From assembly GCF_009914755.1 (NCBI RefSeq), contig NC_060932.1: 64,000 bases of DNA; one strand, 5' to 3'. The DNA is from the human T2T-CHM13v2.0 reference genome, Homo sapiens. Of this stretch, positions 1 to 14,893 are shown piece after piece. Position 1 is the stretch's first letter, and every line of letters starts with the position of its first letter. The notes under the pieces were generated by a model, which searched no databases, was not told the origin of the DNA, and saw only the letters and a list, made by a program, of their open reading frames with translations. Position numbers and translations under genes: made by a program.

Positions 1-234
1 CCAAGGGATGCAGGCAGCCTCTATAAACTGGAAAAGATAAAGAAACAGACTCTTCTACTGCATGGAGACTCCTCTAGCGCCTCCACGCAGTAATACAATC
101 CAGCAGGAATACTGACTTTAGCCCACATTTCAGAATTCTAACCTGCAGAATTCTAAGATAATAATGTTATGTTGTTTTAAGCCACTTAGGTTATGGCAAT
201 ATATTATAGCAGTAATTGTAAACTAATGAATACA
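1..234 (+). mobile_element. MLT1-family (ERVL-MaLR) LTR, 3' part
   Basis: ttctaacctgcagaa...ataataatgttatgttgttttaagccact...ttatagcagtaa...aactaatgaataca resembles the MLT1 3' end. Confidence 0.75.
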
Positions 235-249
235 GGCTTTCAAATTTCC

Positions 250-395
250 TCCTCATGACAAAACCAACAGATGGGAATAAATATCCTCACGTTAACAACA
301 CACAAATTGTGACTCAGAGAAGTTAGGTAATTTGCCCACAGTCACATAGCTAGTCAATGGATAGTTTAGGGATTAAAATGCAGGGCCATTTGGCT
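250..395 (-). mobile_element. MIR SINE fragment
   Basis: actcagagaagttaggtaatttgcccacagtcacatagctagt is the reverse MIR core. Confidence 0.75.
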
Positions 396-1534
396 AGCAC
401 CAAGCTTATTTTAGGGAAGGCAAAGCCAGGTGCTTTAACGTTATAAGCCCACCTCAATTTCCTCATCACTCTTATCACAGGGGCCCAGCTGGATTCTCGC
501 TCTGATCACTAATTTTCTAATATCGTCTCTCGTTTCATGTATTTCATTGTTTTCTCAAAAGCACCTTGAGAACAAGAATGCTACTATTTACTTCTTTTGT
601 ATTCCTTAGAGGTCTCACAGCTGTGCCAGAGAGAGAAAAGCAACTAATGAACATCTGTTCTCAGTTGATTAGAGAAATATCCATTACCACCAGCCACTGA
701 AGGAGACAAGCCATGCACCATTCATCTCTGTATCCCCAGAAACTAAAAGAGGACTGATGTGGTTGGCATTCAATAAATGCCAGGTGAAGGAATGAATAAG
801 TGAAAATTCTAAAAATAAAGATTTCCCCAAACAATGGTGTTCTACAATTCAATCCTACTATACAATTCTGTGAGTGATAAAGAATCCACATGCAACTTTT
901 GTAAAATGAGGAGTAATATTCTATAATGGGAATACAGAAATCTGTGACATTTTGTCAAAATCATTTTTCATAGCAGTATAGCATGAAACAACCGCTCTGA
1001 CTCAGGGGCATCTGACATGACCTAAAATACAAATCATTATTATGAAAAGTCAAACACAGACACTCTGGAGTCTGAACACCCAGGTCCGCAAAGCAAGGTT
1101 GGAAAACTTAACGCTAGTAACTTTCCCTCCCTGAGCCTCTCTTTCCTCATGGGCGAGGAAAGCCATACTGGTACCAGCCTTGCAGAATTATTGTGAGGCA
1201 GGAACAGGAGCATCCATGGCAAGCATGGGCATGGCATGATGCTCAACCCCATATTTCATTAAAGATATAATGTCTTCATTGCTATTCCCTAAGACATGTG
1301 TGAGACACAGCCTCCCACTTCCATGATCCCAGTCTATCCTCTGGCATCACAGCTGGGATGAAGCTGGGAGAAGGCATGATGCTTTTGGTGGGACACGTTT
1401 CAGGGATGCCTGCGGGATACAGTATATGATTATACCAAACAGCACACTCAAGATGTAAATGGTAGGCTATGATATGGGTGTGCCCACACGTCTGGGCGAA
1501 AATTATCTTTGAGACTTGTGAAGCAATATAGCAT

Positions 1535-1765
1535 TTTGATTAAGAGGGTAAGCTCTGAAAATCTGCCTGCCTCTGACTGTGTGACCTTGAATAAATCACT
1601 GTCACAGTGTCCCTGTGCTCAAGGTCCTCGGGTATAAATGGGGATAGTAATGACAGTAATTTTCCTCATAGTGCCATTATAAGGATTAAATGATTTGTAA
1701 TATGCAAAGTGCTTATAATGCCTGGCAAGTATTGAGTCTAAATGAGTGCTTTTAATAATAGGTAT
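1535..1765 (+). mobile_element. MIR SINE
   Basis: ctgtgtgaccttgaataaatcact...aaatggggatagtaat...aggattaaatga...aaagtgcttataatgcctggca. Confidence 0.8.
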
Positions 1766-3269
1766 AATAAAAACAATGATGATGAAGATGGCTTTATGAA
1801 GGCACCTTGGGCACCCAGCATCACACTTGTCACATGATAATGGAATGACTCCCCTCTTTCTGTCTGTTCACCCAAGTGTCGAGGTCCCTGTGAAGAGGAG
1901 TGAAGTGTCCTTGCTTGCACCTCAGGAATTACAAGAGAGCTGCACATGCTGTGACTGCCAGCAAAGGTCACTGGAAAGTGTGAGCATGACTCTCTCAAAA
2001 CCGGTCTTGTCTACATGAGCTTCAGGAGGGAACCACGGAAGGAACAATGGAGACAGGCAGACATAGACTCAAATTCCCAAGGATTCAAAACTTGCAGAGG
2101 CTCAGTTCCCTTATGTTTAAAGTATACACTGTGATATGAATGTGCAGGGGAACTTTATTTTTAAATGATAGTGAAAACATTGCATATGGCAGGGACTCTG
2201 TAAATGGTAGCCATGATCACAGCTTCCCATAAAGCATGTACACATTTCTATAAGCAGTGTTAGTGGAGACTCAAAACAGCTCCTCTGCCCCACACCTGAC
2301 AAGTGTGGTGCCTACTTAAGGGCAAGTTGGCAGAGGATCAGGATATGAGCTAAGCTTCCTCTGGTCTGGCTAGGGGAGGAGACCCTCTCCTGTGCTATAT
2401 TGTTCCCCAAAAGGCTGAGTCAATTTAGAGTCAAAAGTAACTCCAGATTGCTTGATACTGTAGGTTTTTCCAGTGAGTTCTGAAAAGCCCGATTAAATAC
2501 TGGCAGTCCTGTCCTCGGTCTTGTCCTAAGAGTGGGACACCATGACAGAATCAGCAATAATGCAATCAGTGGCTTTCTCTCCTTTAAAAAAGCTAATGCC
2601 CCATAATCTAATGATAGTCAGCTATGGGGAAATTGCACGAGGATTTATAAATAACTAGACAGGTGAAATATTTTCTTATATGGCCAGGTATGATAAACAT
2701 AACCTGCCCTACCTCCATCTTTATGAAGAACTGCCATTTGCCTAGACCTCACCTAATGAGCTGTCACACTGCTCTTCCCAGTCTCTTTGCCAGCAGGACA
2801 CCTGGCACCATCTGGAATCCCAGCCTCACATAGCTAGCCCCCACCTGACAAGGGAAGACACTGTGATGCGGAGGTGAAACTCCGCCCTAGCAGGAAGGCC
2901 TGCAAAGTCCTGCCAATAAAAGAGGCCTTGGTGTTCCAAAAGATAAGAAACAAAAAACCTATGAAATGACTAATATATTTTTACTACACAGTATGCACTC
3001 ATAGGTTGACAGTATGCGCCCACCACTGTAGGACTATGAACCATTCTGTTGCATTTTATTGGCCTCAATGGCAATTACTGACATACTTTTCCAAGGAAAG
3101 TCCACTCCAATATTTCAGCAGAACTTGTCTGGATACTTTGATATAATCACAATATAATAATTCATTCAGATTCCACCAATGTTTACTGTGATGATCCTCT
3201 GCATTTCTCTACCCGCATTCTCCTTATTGACCCAGAAGGTTCTATGTGGCTCATGCTGAATTTCCTGCT

Positions 3270-3700
3270 CACTATCCCTAAACTTCTCTTTCCTTACAAA
3301 GCAAAGCCAGGTTTTCTCAGGGGAATTACTATACCTACCTAAAAATACCCACCCTTTGCTGACTCCCTTGCAGCTAGGAGAAACCTCATGACCCCCTCTT
3401 GGCTAATGAAATAAAAGTGCACATTGGCAGGTAAAGCAGACAGGAAATGACCCTTGGGCTGTTTGTCTCATCTCTCAATTTGTGAATATATCCAAAAATA
3501 TAATTGTGGTTGTTGAAGCAGGCTTTCTCCAGCCATGAGTATTAAAAAGCCATTTGCTAAGGATGGAAGAGCAGAAGGAGAAGTCTGAGTCCTTACTGTC
3601 CCTGGTGACATGGTTGTGCTGTCTACTTCTGTGTTTCTTGTGGTATCTTGTGCTAGTTAAGCACAGGGTAAGTTATATGCTTGATTATTTGAAGCCAAAC
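3270..3700 (+). mobile_element. Old MLT1J/K-like LTR
   Basis: ctcccttgcagctagg...ggctaatgaaat and cagccatgag...aaggatggaagagcagaagg...ctgagtcc motifs. Confidence 0.55.
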
Positions 3701-4579
3701 ACACTTCTTACTGTGGGATCTGATTGCAGGACCCTCCTGGGCCATACTTTGTGTAGGTGAAAATTCAGAAGAGTTGACACAGACAGTCTGACTTCTCTCA
3801 CTGCCTTTTTTTTCTGAAAATGGAAAACTCAGCTTTGCCTTGCATAAGAGCCATTAAAAGGTAAGAATCTAGGTTGGACTTTTGTGTAGAAGTAAAGCAG
3901 ATATTTTTTATATACCATAATTGAAGGTTCCTTAATGGAAAACAAAGGCTGTCTTCATGTGGCTGAACCTAACTCCTTGGTATTCTCCAACAGGGCTTGG
4001 GGCCAAAGCCACAGGTGACAGGAAAGCACTTCTTTCTTAATTCTCTGTGCACATATCTGTCCAGGAAACTTGAGGGTAGTAAGTGGTCAAAAGCGGAAAC
4101 TGCAAATCCCCGTGTCCCAGCCAACTATAAACTAGTTGCATTTTCTGCCATTTTTCAATCCTTTGTGTCTAGCACTATGTGGCATCCACATTACGAGAGA
4201 TCACATTTAATTCTGATGAAAATTCTATGAATTGTACATTGTCATTCCCATATACAGCTAAGGAAGTAAGGTTTTTCAAACTCCTGCAGTCACATGACTC
4301 CTAAGTCAGGTAAGAGATCTACGTAGTATTAGATAGCATTTATTCTTCAATTTCTTTTAAATAATTGAGGAATTCCTTAAAAGAAAGTAAACATTTCCAG
4401 CCAGACCACTCACCTCTAAAAAGTAGTAATGACAAAGGGTAAAGCCATTTGCCATTTTTGCAGAATCTTAAAAGTCCAAACAAAATTATTTCTTCTTGCC
4501 ACAGGAAATGTTTAAAAATATCAAACCAGTGATTTCCCTCAATTACCAAAACCACAGAAACTCAGAATGGAAAGAATAA

Positions 4580-4830
4580 TCAGCACCTATTACTTTGATA
4601 CCTGACAGTGTTCCAACCACTATGCTCACCGCTCCTAGATCATCTCATGTAATCATCAAAACCATCCCTGTATGGTGGAAACAAATATTAATATCCTTTC
4701 AGAAAAACAAGGTAAGATTGAGAGAAGGTAAACTATTTTTCCAAGTTTCTGCAACTTGTAAATTGGAGAGCCTGAGACTCAAGCCCAAGAAATCTGATTT
4801 GTGAGTGTGTGCTCGTAACGACTATACAAT
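4580..4830 (-). mobile_element. MIR SINE
   Basis: Reverse MIR: catctcatgtaatcatcaaaaccatccctg...gagagaaggtaaact...ccaag...gagcctgagactcaagcccaag. Confidence 0.7.
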
Positions 4831-5254
4831 ACACCCTATCCTGACCGGGGGAAGAATTAATTAAAAGTCCTGGTTTTATCTACAGGAAGCTGAAAAGCAA
4901 CTTACATGTAACTGCTTAGCTAATGCATACAAATTCTCTTTGCATTAAGTACTGTTCAATCATTTTACATAAAAGAAAATTCAAGGAAAAATGAACTTTC
5001 CCAGGATAAGTAGTAGAGTCAGGATTCAAACAACACAGTCTGATTTCAAAGCCCATATTCTTCTTTCTTTCTCATTTTAGACACTGTGTCTCCTCTGAGG
5101 GCTAGAGGATTCCCTAGAAATCATTAACCCCCTTAGATTAAAAAAAATCAGAAAATTTAAGTTACATAACAAATATCAAAGCTATAAATGAAAACACTGA
5201 GTTGTAGGCACTTAATAAACATTTGTCCAATCAAATTGTGTTTAAATGGAGCCT

Positions 5255-5430
5255 CCGCAGAAGCCCAAAAATAGTTGCTGCATGCTGATTGTGCACGCCT
5301 TCAGGTGCTTTAACCTCACATTGGTATCTTGAAATTGGCCTTGGTGGGAGTATTTATAGCATGCAAATGGACAAACATCATAAATCTTTGTTTTGAAGAG
5401 CCAGTTTTTACACATCTATCAGCACCACTG
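5255..5430 (+). mobile_element. MER63A-like hAT DNA transposon
   Basis: cacattggtatcttgaaattggccttggtgggagtattta...gagccagtttttacacatctatcagcaccactg matches the MER63 internal motif and terminus. Confidence 0.75.
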
Positions 5431-6709
5431 CTCCACCTCCTTCCATCACCACCACCGCTCCATTCTGTTAACCAAAGGAAATCTGAAACCCAAACAGAGG
5501 AAGTAAATGGGCGATCTGGAAAGATTTCAAGAAAATTACTGTTGGGTTGGACTCAAACTGTTGAGCCTTCAGGAAATATATATATATTGCTCAAAGAATC
5601 CTCATTGAATAAAGCTAGCTAATTAAGCTCTTACAAGCTGCAGGGAAGAATGACCTCTATAAAATGTATGCCTTTTGTACATAAACTTGGAAGTCTGAAC
5701 AGAATGGCTATAACTTCTCCCATTGCCTCCTCTTCTCGTTCATATTAAAACAAAACAAAGCAAGTGAACAGCATTAGCAACAACCCTAATGGTGCTTTTT
5801 GTGTCAACTTAAAGCAAACTAACTCTCTGAGCTTCAGTTTTCTCATTTGCAAATGAAGATTTCAGTTATCTTCTGGAGTTGATATAGAAATCAAAATCAA
5901 TGTGTGTATAGCAAAACTGAGCTTTAACGAATGGTGGGTATTATTACTGCTATGGTTATCTTTGCATATCTACCCTAAATACATTCATCAGCAAATGTCT
6001 GTACTCCTAGAAGGAGACCCCTTAAGGAACTCAGACCAGCAACACAAGTAGCTTAGTTGGAGTGACTGTATATAAAAAAAATATGAGATTGCTGAGCTGC
6101 TGGGAAACTGAAAAGTGCTTCCCCATCCCTGCATCTCCCTTTGCTGCTTTTATTCATATGGGCTGATGGACCTGTTGTTCCTATCTAATGAGTCAGCCCA
6201 GATGGGGTTCTAGTTTGCATGAGTGGCCATGTGTCAATGTTGTGCTCAAAGAAGTTGCTGCTGCTGGTCTGTCATCCAGGGAGGTACCATTTGCAGGTAA
6301 AACGAAAGTTCCTTCTAGAGAGCCAATATGAAACATCATTACAAGATGTCAGATACAGTGGATGCACAACAGGTGTCAGTCCTCTTCCCTTTGGATTCAA
6401 GGGAGCATTTGATTTTCTTTGCATTTGTATGGGTTGATTAAATGAGCTTGCTTAAAGCAGGCCTTCAAGCGACTTGCACAGCTTGAAATGTCACGAGTAA
6501 TTTAAAACCTCAGACCAGAAAATTTGTCGTGCAATATCACACTGTGACAGGAGTTTCTGCAGAGAGAATTTTTCTGATTGGCAAAACCAGAACCTGCAAC
6601 CAGTTCCAAGCAGTCAGAAGGTGGGAGAAGAGTTGAAAAGCAAAACAACTCACAAGTCTTTCATGCAGAAGGATCAAAGGCATGAAGTGAAAACATATGA
6701 TAGAATCCA

Positions 6710-6890
6710 GGTGCTCAGAAAGACCAGGTTTTAAATGCTGGATTTGCAGTTTACTAATGGTGCATGACTCCAAACAATTCATTTTACCTCTCTGAGCATT
6801 TGGTTTCTCATGTTAACATTTTTTATGGGGAAGAAATGAGATAAGACACGTACAACACCTGGTACAGTGTAGGAGACACAGTAAGCACCA
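6710..6890 (+). mobile_element. MIR SINE
   Basis: agaccaggttttaaat...acctctctgagc...gtttctcat...acctggtacagtg. Confidence 0.65.
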
Positions 6891-8360
6891 AGTCCTTCTA
6901 AAACTGTAATTTAATTATTATTATAATTATGACATTCATATGTTGCTAATGGAAAGTAGACACAGAAAAGGGGAAGAAGTCTTCCAAAGATTTGCAAAGT
7001 CTGTGCTAGATCTCATGACTGCTAATGTTGGCCCATCATCCAATTCATTATACCCATATAATTGAACACAATTTAATTCTAGGATATATATTAATATGAA
7101 GTGATAAGAAAATACTTTCTACAAGTGGGCTGTTACCTGATTGTTCCTGTTACCTTATTGTTCCTTTCAGGTACTCTGTAAATATCAATAATAAGCAGAA
7201 TATCAGAGTGAAAACAAAGGAAGCCACCAGTTCTTGCAAGTCAACCGTGTGTCAGGCAAGACTGTTGGTGATTTACATTCATTGTCACATTCTATCTGGA
7301 CAATATTCAAAAAAGATTCTTTCAATATTCCTCCTCCAATATTCCTATGAGGAACCTGAAGTTCGGAACAAAAATTATCTTGCTCATAGACTGTAGCTTA
7401 CAAGAAAAACTGGGATGCAAGGTCATGGTTATGAAACTCCAAAGACAAAAATATTCTCAAAATTTGTCAAGTCATACATAATGGCTACCCACTGAAATGT
7501 CACTTGGGTACATAAAATGACCCATAATAGCATGAAGAGTGCAAACATTCACAAGTCATGCCAGTAATCGTGATGGAAAAAGCCATTGCAAGCTTTGTGT
7601 CCACATCATTCAAATTCTTGCTGCTCAGCTATGCTCAACTGTAAATTGAACATTGCTGAGGACAAGGCACCAAAACAGTGGCTGAGAACACAAGAAGGAA
7701 TGATGGACTAGTCCCTGACTTGGAGGAGCTTACAGTCTAACAGAGAACAAAACCAATTTCACAAATTATAATCGTAATCATAGGAAACCCCTCAGGACTT
7801 CCAAGGGGGTAAGAAAAAGAGTGAGGTTAGCTCAGAGTGGGAACAGATTGCCTTTAGTAGAAGACAGGAGTTGATTTAAGGAAGAAGCAAATTTAAAACT
7901 AAAAGTCCCTACAAGGTAGTAGAACATATGAGAGAGACTTCACATTGCAAGAAATAGCCAAGAGTACAAAGCCAATAAAAACAGCAAAATGGTTGGAGCA
8001 AAAATTGCTATCTTTGATGTCAGTAATTTTCATCAGGGCCTTATTATCATTCTTGTCTCGGGGAACAAGCCTAAAACTGCATTCAGTGTTTTTATATTCC
8101 TTGGAGAACCCCAGCATACTTCTTCAGTTTTAGAATGTAGGCCATGACCCAGAGATGATTGAGATGCTGGTAGACAGAGATGCCCTGTAAAGAAATTTTG
8201 TGCATGTTGCATATCTCTACACATGAGCTCACCTGACTTATTCAGGTTTCACCCATTTTACAACTCTAAATGAATGCTGATGAAGCTTACATGTCATTTT
8301 GGCTCACTCCTAAGAACAGGTAGGTCTTGACCAGGCTGGGGAAGCCGGGACAGCATTTAA

Positions 8361-8490
8361 CCTATTTATGCCTGAGGTTGCAATTTTTTGAAATTTTGTG
8401 ATCAGACCTTGGCGATGACCTTGAGCAGCAGGACATAAATAACTCCCACATGCTTAGCTTTCCAATAATGGAACACTAGGCATAAATGGC
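8361..8490 (-). mobile_element. MER85 (piggyBac PGBD3-derived MITE)
   Basis: TTAA at 8357-8360; TIRs cctatttatgcct / aggcataaatgg; internal cagaccttggcgatgaccttgagcag and ttccaataatggaac match MER85. Confidence 0.93.
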
Positions 8491-8689
8491 TAAGGTGGAG
8501 GAACAGCTTGGGGAAATGCGGGAGGGCAAGTCCTAGAGAGCATTGTAGGAACCCTGGGGAGTTGACCTTGGCCAGAGTATGGGATGGGTAACAAGGAAGT
8601 GCAAACAGACATTTCCTTCCCAACCATTTACTCTAATAAGTGTTACTATAAAAATAGATGGACCGAGCTACCTTTCACCAGAGGATATA

Positions 8690-8945
8690 AGTGTAGTGGT
8701 TAAGGGAATCAACTGTGAAATCAAACAGAGCTAGGTTTGAGTCATCACCTCCCAGCTTAGGAAAGTTACTTAACTTCTGTGAGCTACTATTCCCTCCTCT
8801 GTAACATGCAGATGATCAAAGATCCAATTCATAAGGTTGAGTGAGGGAGACATACAAAAGTTTGCCACAGCCCAGAGAAAGTCTTCAATAGTTATGAGAC
8901 TATTTGATGCAAGGTGCATGTATATACTGTATGTACTCAGAAAAT
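8690..8945 (+). mobile_element. MIR SINE
   Basis: gtgtagtggttaag...ctaggtttgag...aagttacttaacttctgtgagct...ctctgtaa. Confidence 0.75.
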
Positions 8946-9119
8946 GCATGATGCCTAACTTATCCTTTTGGATGATGTCATGTTCTCCTCTGTTTCCTTT
9001 GGAAACAAACAAAACACCCACAAATAATATAGTACAAGTAACGGTTTATGCATGGGCTACAATGACAGGTAAAGTAGGCCACCGAAAACTCCATAAACAA
9101 ACAGCCACATAGGTGATCG

Positions 9120-9250
9120 ATTGAAAAGCAGACAGTGAGGGACAGAGATAAGTAGATGTTGGGTAGGTAAATAGGAGATACAGATGGATGGATGGGCAGA
9201 TGGAAAGACAGGTAGAGAGAAATGGAGAGAGAGAGACGATAGAGGAACAA
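9120..9250. repeat. Purine-rich low-complexity tract (GATA/GGAT/GA-like)
   Basis: gatacagatggatggatgggcagatggaaagacaggtagagagaaatggagagagagagacgatagagg. Confidence 0.7.
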
Positions 9251-10674
9251 ACACACTCACCAACTGTTTTGTCACAGAAAAGATCTCTGACCAATTTCCA
9301 GCTCCTTCCACCAGCATGTGTCTCTTTTGAGAATAAACCATCATAACCCTGAATCATGATTCCCTCTCTTGGCTCCCTGTGTCTCTTAATTGCTTTTTGA
9401 TATGAAAACTCCCAGGTGTCTGAAGTCATTCTGGAGATTTCAAGGGATTTCATTATGTGTGTAGGAATTTCCATTTCCTCATCAATCAAATCTTTATTTC
9501 TGCAAAACTGTTCAGGCAGAACAACAACAAAAAAGTTCCCTTGGCTCCATTTGACTAGGAGATGTATTCTGTAATTACAATGGGGGAGTGTGTTTTAACC
9601 AAAAGATCACACATGCAGCAAATTGTCTTTGCAGAACTCCTCACTGGCTGAAGTGAGGAGCAGGTAGAGTGAGGATTCTGCGGTTAGACAGACATGGGGA
9701 AGCTGTAAACTCACCTCACAGCTTTGTTGTGAGGGTTCACGAAGCAGTAGGTGGGAGAACTCAGCCCCACATCTGGTAAGCTACTGCAACTTTGGTTATA
9801 GTTGTTAATATTAATTCAAACATTATTATAGCTCCAGAAAAAGCCCTGGGTTCCATGTAAGAAGATCTGGGTCAGGAAGTTTGATAGATGTCACTATATA
9901 AATATTAACGAATTGAATAGAAGGGAGAAGGGAGAGAGTCCCAATGTTTAAGAAAAGAATGCAGAGACTGCTTGATAAAGTTATGTTGAACAGAACATAA
10001 GAATGCTGGCTTGCATCTGGGCATGCTCTCAACCAGCTAGTTAGTGGCAAGCTGTCTGATGGGCTTGTTCTTGCCCAGTCTCTCCAGTCTCCCCTTCCCA
10101 CCCCAACTCACTCCTCACTCATACCTTTTCCTGACGATAATGCCCAGGCGGCTGCTCTTATTTCTGAAGTAAAGCACTGGCTGCTTATTTTTACTATCAA
10201 TTGCCTTTTCTTATATGTCTTCCTTAACCTGTAATCAAAGTGTCGTGAGTTCAAAGTTGTGGCTGCTGCTTTATGTGGTTCAGGGCAATGTCAGTCTCTG
10301 GTGGACAGAAAGCCACCATTTCCCTGGGCTTTCTTTGTCTTTGAGTACCGGGAAAAGCAAACACCCAAGTTCTGCAAGAACAGAGCCTAGAAAAGTCCAG
10401 ACACCTCTGAATCCACAGGCACATGGCAGGCCCACAAAGAATACTCATCTCAGGATAACAATCTTGCTGAAACTTTTCTTGCTCAAAGGCACTGCCCTTT
10501 TCAAATAAAAATAGTACAACTGCTGGCTACCAAGCATGGAATCACTGCCCTGTGCTGCCGCCGAGTCCAGGAGGACACCTTATCTCTAGACTTCAGCAAA
10601 CCCCCTAAGCATGCTCATCCTCAGATTATTAATGAAGGAAGTCAACTCACAGAGGTTAAGTGGCTTTTCCCTAA

Positions 10675-11160
<486 letters not shown>

Positions 11161-11459
11161 TAGGTGCTAGGAAACAATTTCCAACTTAATGCAAAGTTCC
11201 AAAAACATGAAGTACTGACTAATGAATGGCTCCAATCACAGACACATTATTTGGAAAAGAAATATATTTGGGTGTGTATTTCGTCATCTGACTCAGGCAT
11301 TCAAGTTGCTAATCAAAGGTCTTCGCAGCATTTTTATCAATAATGTGTAAACCCCAAATAGTTTCTTTTATGATACAAGGCTTCAAGGAATATAATGGCT
11401 CTTCTATTTTTAGGATGACAGAAAATAGATTAATTCCTTTTTAAAAACAGGTCTGAAAA

Positions 11460-11585
11460 TAGTCATTATCCCAGATTATAGATGAGGAAAGAGGTCCAGA
11501 GAAGTTGACTGACTTCTCCAAGCCGTACAGTAAAACAGTGGTGAGGCTGGGTTTAAAACTAAGGTCTGTCAGACTCTTTGAGCCA
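11460..11585 (-). mobile_element. MIR SINE
   Basis: tatagatgaggaaagaggtccagagaagttgactgacttctccaag. Confidence 0.75.
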
Positions 11586-12995
11586 CAAAACCCTACACTA
11601 CAGAAAGGTCTTCCAAAGATAAGCACAACACAGTCAACTCTTAGCAACCTCACCTGATGACTAATTAGTGGAGGACTGAAATAAAGTCTTTTCTCTGGGG
11701 TGAACAGTAGCATCCCCAAAGCCTGCATTTTGCTTGTTTGGTTAGTTTAGTTTCTACTTCTTTTATAACAGGCTAAATAAAGTTGGAGTAAAATAATCCA
11801 AATACATTTATCTAGGATTTGGAAAAGGATTCTGTGAGAACTCTTAGATGGGCCTGAGCATCTGGCCCTGTTGTGTCCATGATGGGCTGCTCTTCTGCGA
11901 ATGGAGAGCCCCCAGGTGATATGGTCAAAAGGTCCCAGAACCACCCCTAACACCAATCCACATGTGACCTTAGGCAAGTCACTTAATCTCTCCAGGACTC
12001 TCTGAGTAAATTCCCCAAATGAAAAGACTGAACTACTTATGTTATGAAACCCAGTGCTACATTCTTATTTGGTTTACATTCTTGTTTGGTTTGGGTTTAC
12101 ACCTGGATCATCTGGCTCTGAGTCCAAGGCTTAGGATAGTACATCCCCTGGAGACCAGAGGATACTTCATCTTCAGTCCAAGAGTAGTTCCTTTGGTCTT
12201 CAAGGAAAGGTCATGCTTGCATTGCATCAGGACCAGGTAAGGCTATGTGGACACCCGCTTCTTCATGAGCCAATTTCCATGGCCCATGATGATCTCTGCT
12301 TCCAGTTTTAGAAAGATGTTGCCACTCTTAGGAGATCACCGAGGGCTTTCTCTTGGGGAGGAAAAAATATTTGCGTTTGCTACAATACTGCAATTACTTT
12401 AATGGACACTGCACATAAATTATATCATTCAGCCCTCCCAGTCATACAATTAAGATGCCATATCCCAATTTTCAGAAGATGAACCTGAAATTCAAGGTAA
12501 AACAAAGTCACGTGTGGATTTAGTAGACCTGGGATTTGGACCTAGACCTGGTTGCAAAGATCACACTCTTCCTCACTACCCCTCCATCTCACCTCCATTC
12601 AAGCAAACGGGTGGATGATGAGGCTCCCCACTGTGACAGGTGAGGAGAAACCCGGTGAAAAGCAGGGGCGTGTGGTGCATTTAGGGGGAAGGAGAAGAGT
12701 GAACACGGAGTGCAGGAAACCCGGGCAGGATTTAGGGGCCTACGCAACTCTAAACCATTTTGACATGAGTCTTAACGCACCAGAGAAGAAATGAAAGTTG
12801 TTGAGTTACACCCAAACGAAACAGCTGGCGGCGCTTTCTCAACATCTGTGTGGTGCTTCTTCAGGGAGTTGGTGGAAGTGAGATGACCTCACATAAAGCA
12901 GGGTTGGGTGTTTTGTGCTGAGAGAGTGCTGACCAGGGTGCTGTCCTCCCCTAACAATCCTAACAGAGGACTACACAGCTGGGATTTGGAAAGCG

Positions 12996-13020
12996 CACAC
13001 ACACACACACACACACACAC
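12996..13020. repeat. (CA)12 microsatellite
   Basis: Direct read. Confidence 0.95.
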
Positions 13021-13399
13021 GCTTGTATTTTAGATTAACAGTCCTCCAACCAACCTTAAAATATTTGGGAAAAAAATCACATTTAGAATGTTATTAAATC
13101 AAAGGAGATTCTGGCTTAGTGACTTGTGAAGAGATAAAGGAACATCCAGTCAGGAACCTTCTGTGCTGTGTAGGGATTAGCCTCAAAACCAATTCATGCA
13201 ACAAAGATCATCTCCACAGAGCCCTGCAACACTTGCCCTGGGACAACTAAACCTCGGACCCTGTTTGCTCAACACAGTGGCATCTGCCTTTTACTAGGCT
13301 CTGTCTCTGAGGTTGGGTCTTTCATCCTATTTTCTGATAGCATCTTGGTCACTTGCTTCCTACTCCCTAGGCATCTGCCTTTGTACCAGGTATGCTGTG

Positions 13400-13730
13400 T
13401 TGCTGGTGTGCAAATGCATCATGCCCTTCCACATTTCCACATCTTTGCACATGCCACTCCCCTAAAAGGCTCCCTCCCTGACCTCATGGGAAGCCTTCCC
13501 TGACGTCCAGCAGAATAGGCATTGCCCATCCTCTGTTGTCTAAGGGCCGGGGGCTCCCCACTGTTTTCTAAAGATAATACCACATCACCACTGCTTGATT
13601 TCCAGGCAGGTTTTCCTTAGCTAGACCTGAGCACTTTGACAGCAAGAGTCATATCATGCTCCTTCTTTCTGTCCAAAATCCCAGCACAGTGCCTAACATC
13701 CAGCAGTCCCTCAAGACATGAATTGAGAAA
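13400..13730 (+). mobile_element. L2 LINE 3' fragment
   Basis: tctttgcacatgcc...gggaagccttccctgac...ctagacctgagc...cccagcacagtgcctaacat. Confidence 0.65.
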
Positions 13731-13830
13731 GGATTTATAAGATATTAATTAACAATTAATATCTGCTTAACCCAAGATCCTGATTCAGACTGTGAGCTCC
13801 TTGCTACGAGAACTGTTGCTTGACTGATAA

Positions 13831-14355
<525 letters not shown>

Positions 14356-14379
14356 TAGCAAATATTCACTTATTCACTT

Positions 14380-14893
14380 GTTTTGTTTCTTTGTTTTCTT
14401 TTTTAAAAACTTTTATTTTAAGTTCAGGGTTACATGTGCAGGTTTTTTACACAGGAAAACTTGTATCATGGGGATTTGTCCCACAGATTATTTCATCACC
14501 ATGGTATTAAGCCCAGTACCCATTAGTTATTTTTCCTGATATTCTTCCCACTCCCAACCTCTACCTTCCCATAGGGCCCAGTGTATCGTGTTCCCCTCTA
14601 CGTGTCCATATATTCTCATCATCTAACTTCTACTTATAAGTGAGAACATGTGGTATTTGGTTTTCTATTCCTGCATTAGTTTGGTATGAATAATGGCCCC
14701 CAGCTCCATCCATGTCCCTGCAAAGAACATGATCTTGTTCTTTTTTATGGCTGCATAGTATTCTACGGTGTATATGAACCACATTTTCTTTATCCAATCT
14801 ACCATTGATGGGCATTTAGGTTGATTCCATCTCTTTGCTAATGCGAATAGTGCTGCAGTGAACATACGCATACATGTGTCTTTACAACAGAAC
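14380..14893 (-). mobile_element. L1PA11-13-like 3' end, 5'-truncated
   Basis: ttttattttaagttcagggttacatgtgcagg...acagattatttcatcacc...; ORF 14665-14871 is the ORF2 C-terminus ([15 protein letters not shown]). Confidence 0.9.

Noticed and set aside
7130-7165. 17-nt tandem duplication ctgttacc(t/tg)attgttc
   Set aside because: Ordinary slippage duplication.
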